A stretch of 64,000 nucleotides of DNA from Mobula hypostoma (taxonomy: Eukaryota): positions 76,758,001 through 76,822,000 of the forward strand of contig NC_086108.1 in assembly GCF_963921235.1 (NCBI RefSeq), written 5' to 3'. Of the stretch, positions 61,801 through 64,000 are shown piece after piece. The notes beneath the pieces were generated by a model, which saw only the letters and a list, made by a program, of their open reading frames with translations, was not told the DNA's origin and ran no database searches. The translations under genes and the position numbers were made by a program. How positions within the stretch are numbered: the first letter of the stretch is position 1; every line of letters begins with the position of its first letter.

Positions 61801-63289
61801 TTTTTGCCTTATGCTCTTATGTACAAACCTTTGTACTTGCTGCCTCTGTATATCAGGCTGAGAAGTTAAATTTTAAGAAATATTCATAGAATCATATGAT
61901 TATGAAGTATAGGATTGGGTCTGTTTGATCCACCACCTCCATGCCTACCTATGCAAATCCCACATATCCACATTAGGGTTGTATCCCTCTACTTTCTTGT
62001 CCAAGTATCTAAACGACAATGTTCACGCTATTTTTCTGATAAGTCATTCTGATGAACGCCAGTGATTGGGATGCAATATCGTGTGGGAAAGTGGGAGGAA
62101 AACATAGAGGGTTGGAAGTACTTCAGCCCTTTTGTGTGTGTTGCTTGTGGTTTGGAACTTTTTGCTGGCTTGGACTCAATGGGCCGAAGGGCCTGTTCTC
62201 ATGCTGCATTGCCCTATGAAAATGGTTCAAATGTGGGGAGGAACATGTACAGCCTTCTCTCAAAATAATTCTAAACATTGTACCTTTTAAACAAATTGTT
62301 CACATGAAATTGATCTGTAATTGCTCCTCCCACCCCCCCCACCCCCTCAAGTGTCTCATTTCATTTGCTGGAAATCCATGTCCATCAGGCTAGCAGTTTG
62401 CTTACATGCCGTCTATTGTATTTGTACAGTTATTACTGTTATTGGGCAGCATTGCTGGAAACTCAGTCGTCACATTGATCAGGTGTTGTGTCTATTAAGC
62501 AAAGCCCTCCACCACTGACACCAATCCTGACAATCAATTGGTGCCTGAAAAACGGAGGAAGGCCTCAATTAACTGGCATTGATGATATTTTGAGCACGCA
62601 GGTTTCCAGTGCAGGACTGTGCGACGATTACAGTCTTGATGGAAAGCAGCTTCCCGCTAGGGGTATATGCCCAGCTTTATGGCTGTTTACCTGGTTTCTA
62701 ACTTCTACCAAGCTGCAATATGATAATTGTACTGAAAGCATTAGTTTTTGCAATTAAAATTTCCTCAGGGTCTCATACTGAGCTGCAGGAACTGATGGAT
62801 ATCTACCACCTCCGCCAGTGTGTTGTGAATTTTGAAAGCAGATCCACAACTTTCACACTATCTGCACTTTGTTCCCGGAATTGCCATTGCAGTTTGCTGT
62901 ATCCAGTCTATTCTCACTCTCAGTGGCGAAAAAAAAGTTGGCGAGTAAAATGTCCATCCTCTTAGACGCAACTGAAACGTTGTTCTTTTCCCATGAAAAT
63001 CAATTTTGACTTGGAGCTGTCAAGTCAATCTATTAGTGATTCATTTGCTAACTGACAATAGTGCAACTACACCTGATAGGTATAAGTATGTATACGCGTT
63101 TTCTGTATGAAAGAGAAGCTTGTCGGTTTCAGATATCAGGCATAGCCTGCGATCTATAAGGGCTCATATAGCTTGCACTCTTGTTTGGGCTGATCTGAGC
63201 TGCCTCTCTCCTCCAGGGGAAACTCATGTCACTTTATGTTAGCCCATACAGCTGCTGGCTGTTAACTCAAACTGCACTTAGCAGAAACA

Positions 63290-63920
63290 GACCGAGAAAT
63301 TGAAACACGGAGCGTTCCTAAGTGTGCTGCCCAAGAGGTGGAGGCAGAGAAGAGGGCGAGCATTTTTGGCAGCCTGTGTTCAAATGAGCAGAAATTACTG
63401 AAATGATAATAAATGTAGATGGTCTGGACAAAATGAAATGATCCATCTCGGTGCATAAGCAGCACTTGAGCCGCATTCAATCAGCCTGTCAAACTTATTG
63501 CCTGGCATTTTTGTGAAGAATCTGTCCACTAAAATTTTTTGTCATTCCTATTTCCTTGTTATCAGTCCGCTCCTCAATGGCGACCAGAGATTAACAACAA
63601 TTCATAGAGCACATCCATTCCTGATAAACCTTATCCATTACTTCACGATCCGCGGGTCCATCCCATTTCACCTCAACCATTTATCATCTTTAACGCTGAC
63701 AGCTAAACAGAGTGCTTTAAAATTTATCTCGGTGTGTCGACAGGGCGGATCTATTCGTCAACCTGTAGAGGTGCAGTTTAGCCTCTTCCTCTTCTTATCA
63801 GGATTCCACAGTAAAAGATTTGGCAGAGATGCCCGATTAATCATTGGCCGCATCAATTTGCTTGATTTACTCTCTTGTGGGAAAAGGGTGTAAACACAGC
63901 GTACTGAGGCAGCGCGAAAC
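63290..63920. promoter_or_regulatory. Candidate conserved non-coding element / enhancer
   Basis: Unique sequence with about 20 CpGs in ~630 bp in a CpG-depleted window. Six WGATAA sites, two TGACAG, TGATTTAC and TGTAAACA. Confidence 0.45.
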
Positions 63921-64000
63921 ATAATGTGTCTGTCTATAGGAAAAACATTAGCAGATCATCCTGTCTTGTGATTGATGGAGAAGTGAAAGGCACAACTCTG

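Noticed and set aside
63498..63893. 131-aa plus-strand ORF
   Set aside because: Non-ATG start, no recognisable domain and no convincing splice context. Better explained as non-coding.
1..64000. CRISPR array or prokaryotic defence system
   Set aside because: No regularly spaced repeat-spacer array and no operon-like coding density. The sequence is vertebrate repeat-rich DNA.

Overview
Eukaryotic, AT-rich, CpG-depleted non-coding DNA. The repeat families (CR1 LINEs with a SGNH-esterase ORF1, Rex1/Babar-like LINEs, V-domain and Deu-domain SINEs, Penelope-like elements) point to a cartilaginous fish, most likely a ray; this is an inference. No host protein-coding gene can be supported: the ORF-track hits are either transposon relics or chance ORFs. 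Much of the window is nested mobile DNA: a Gypsy gag relic, CR1 and Rex1 LINEs, SINEs, a Harbinger-like MITE, a Tc1 derivative, a hAT derivative with a 6-bp TSD, and about 10 Penelope-like element (PLE) fragments, most carrying hammerhead-ribozyme motifs. The most striking pattern is a set of six PLE insertions, from 42 bp to 1.2 kb, each flanked by a 12-14 bp target-site duplication (TSD). Five are head-to-head inversions in which one arm keeps the true 3' end and the other stops at a point of microhomology with the target. The largest is a ~1.2 kb near-palindrome with one apparently intact hammerhead. Several unique stretches, especially 63.3-63.9 kb, look like conserved non-coding or enhancer elements. 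All repeat classifications come from recalled family motifs, not database searches.
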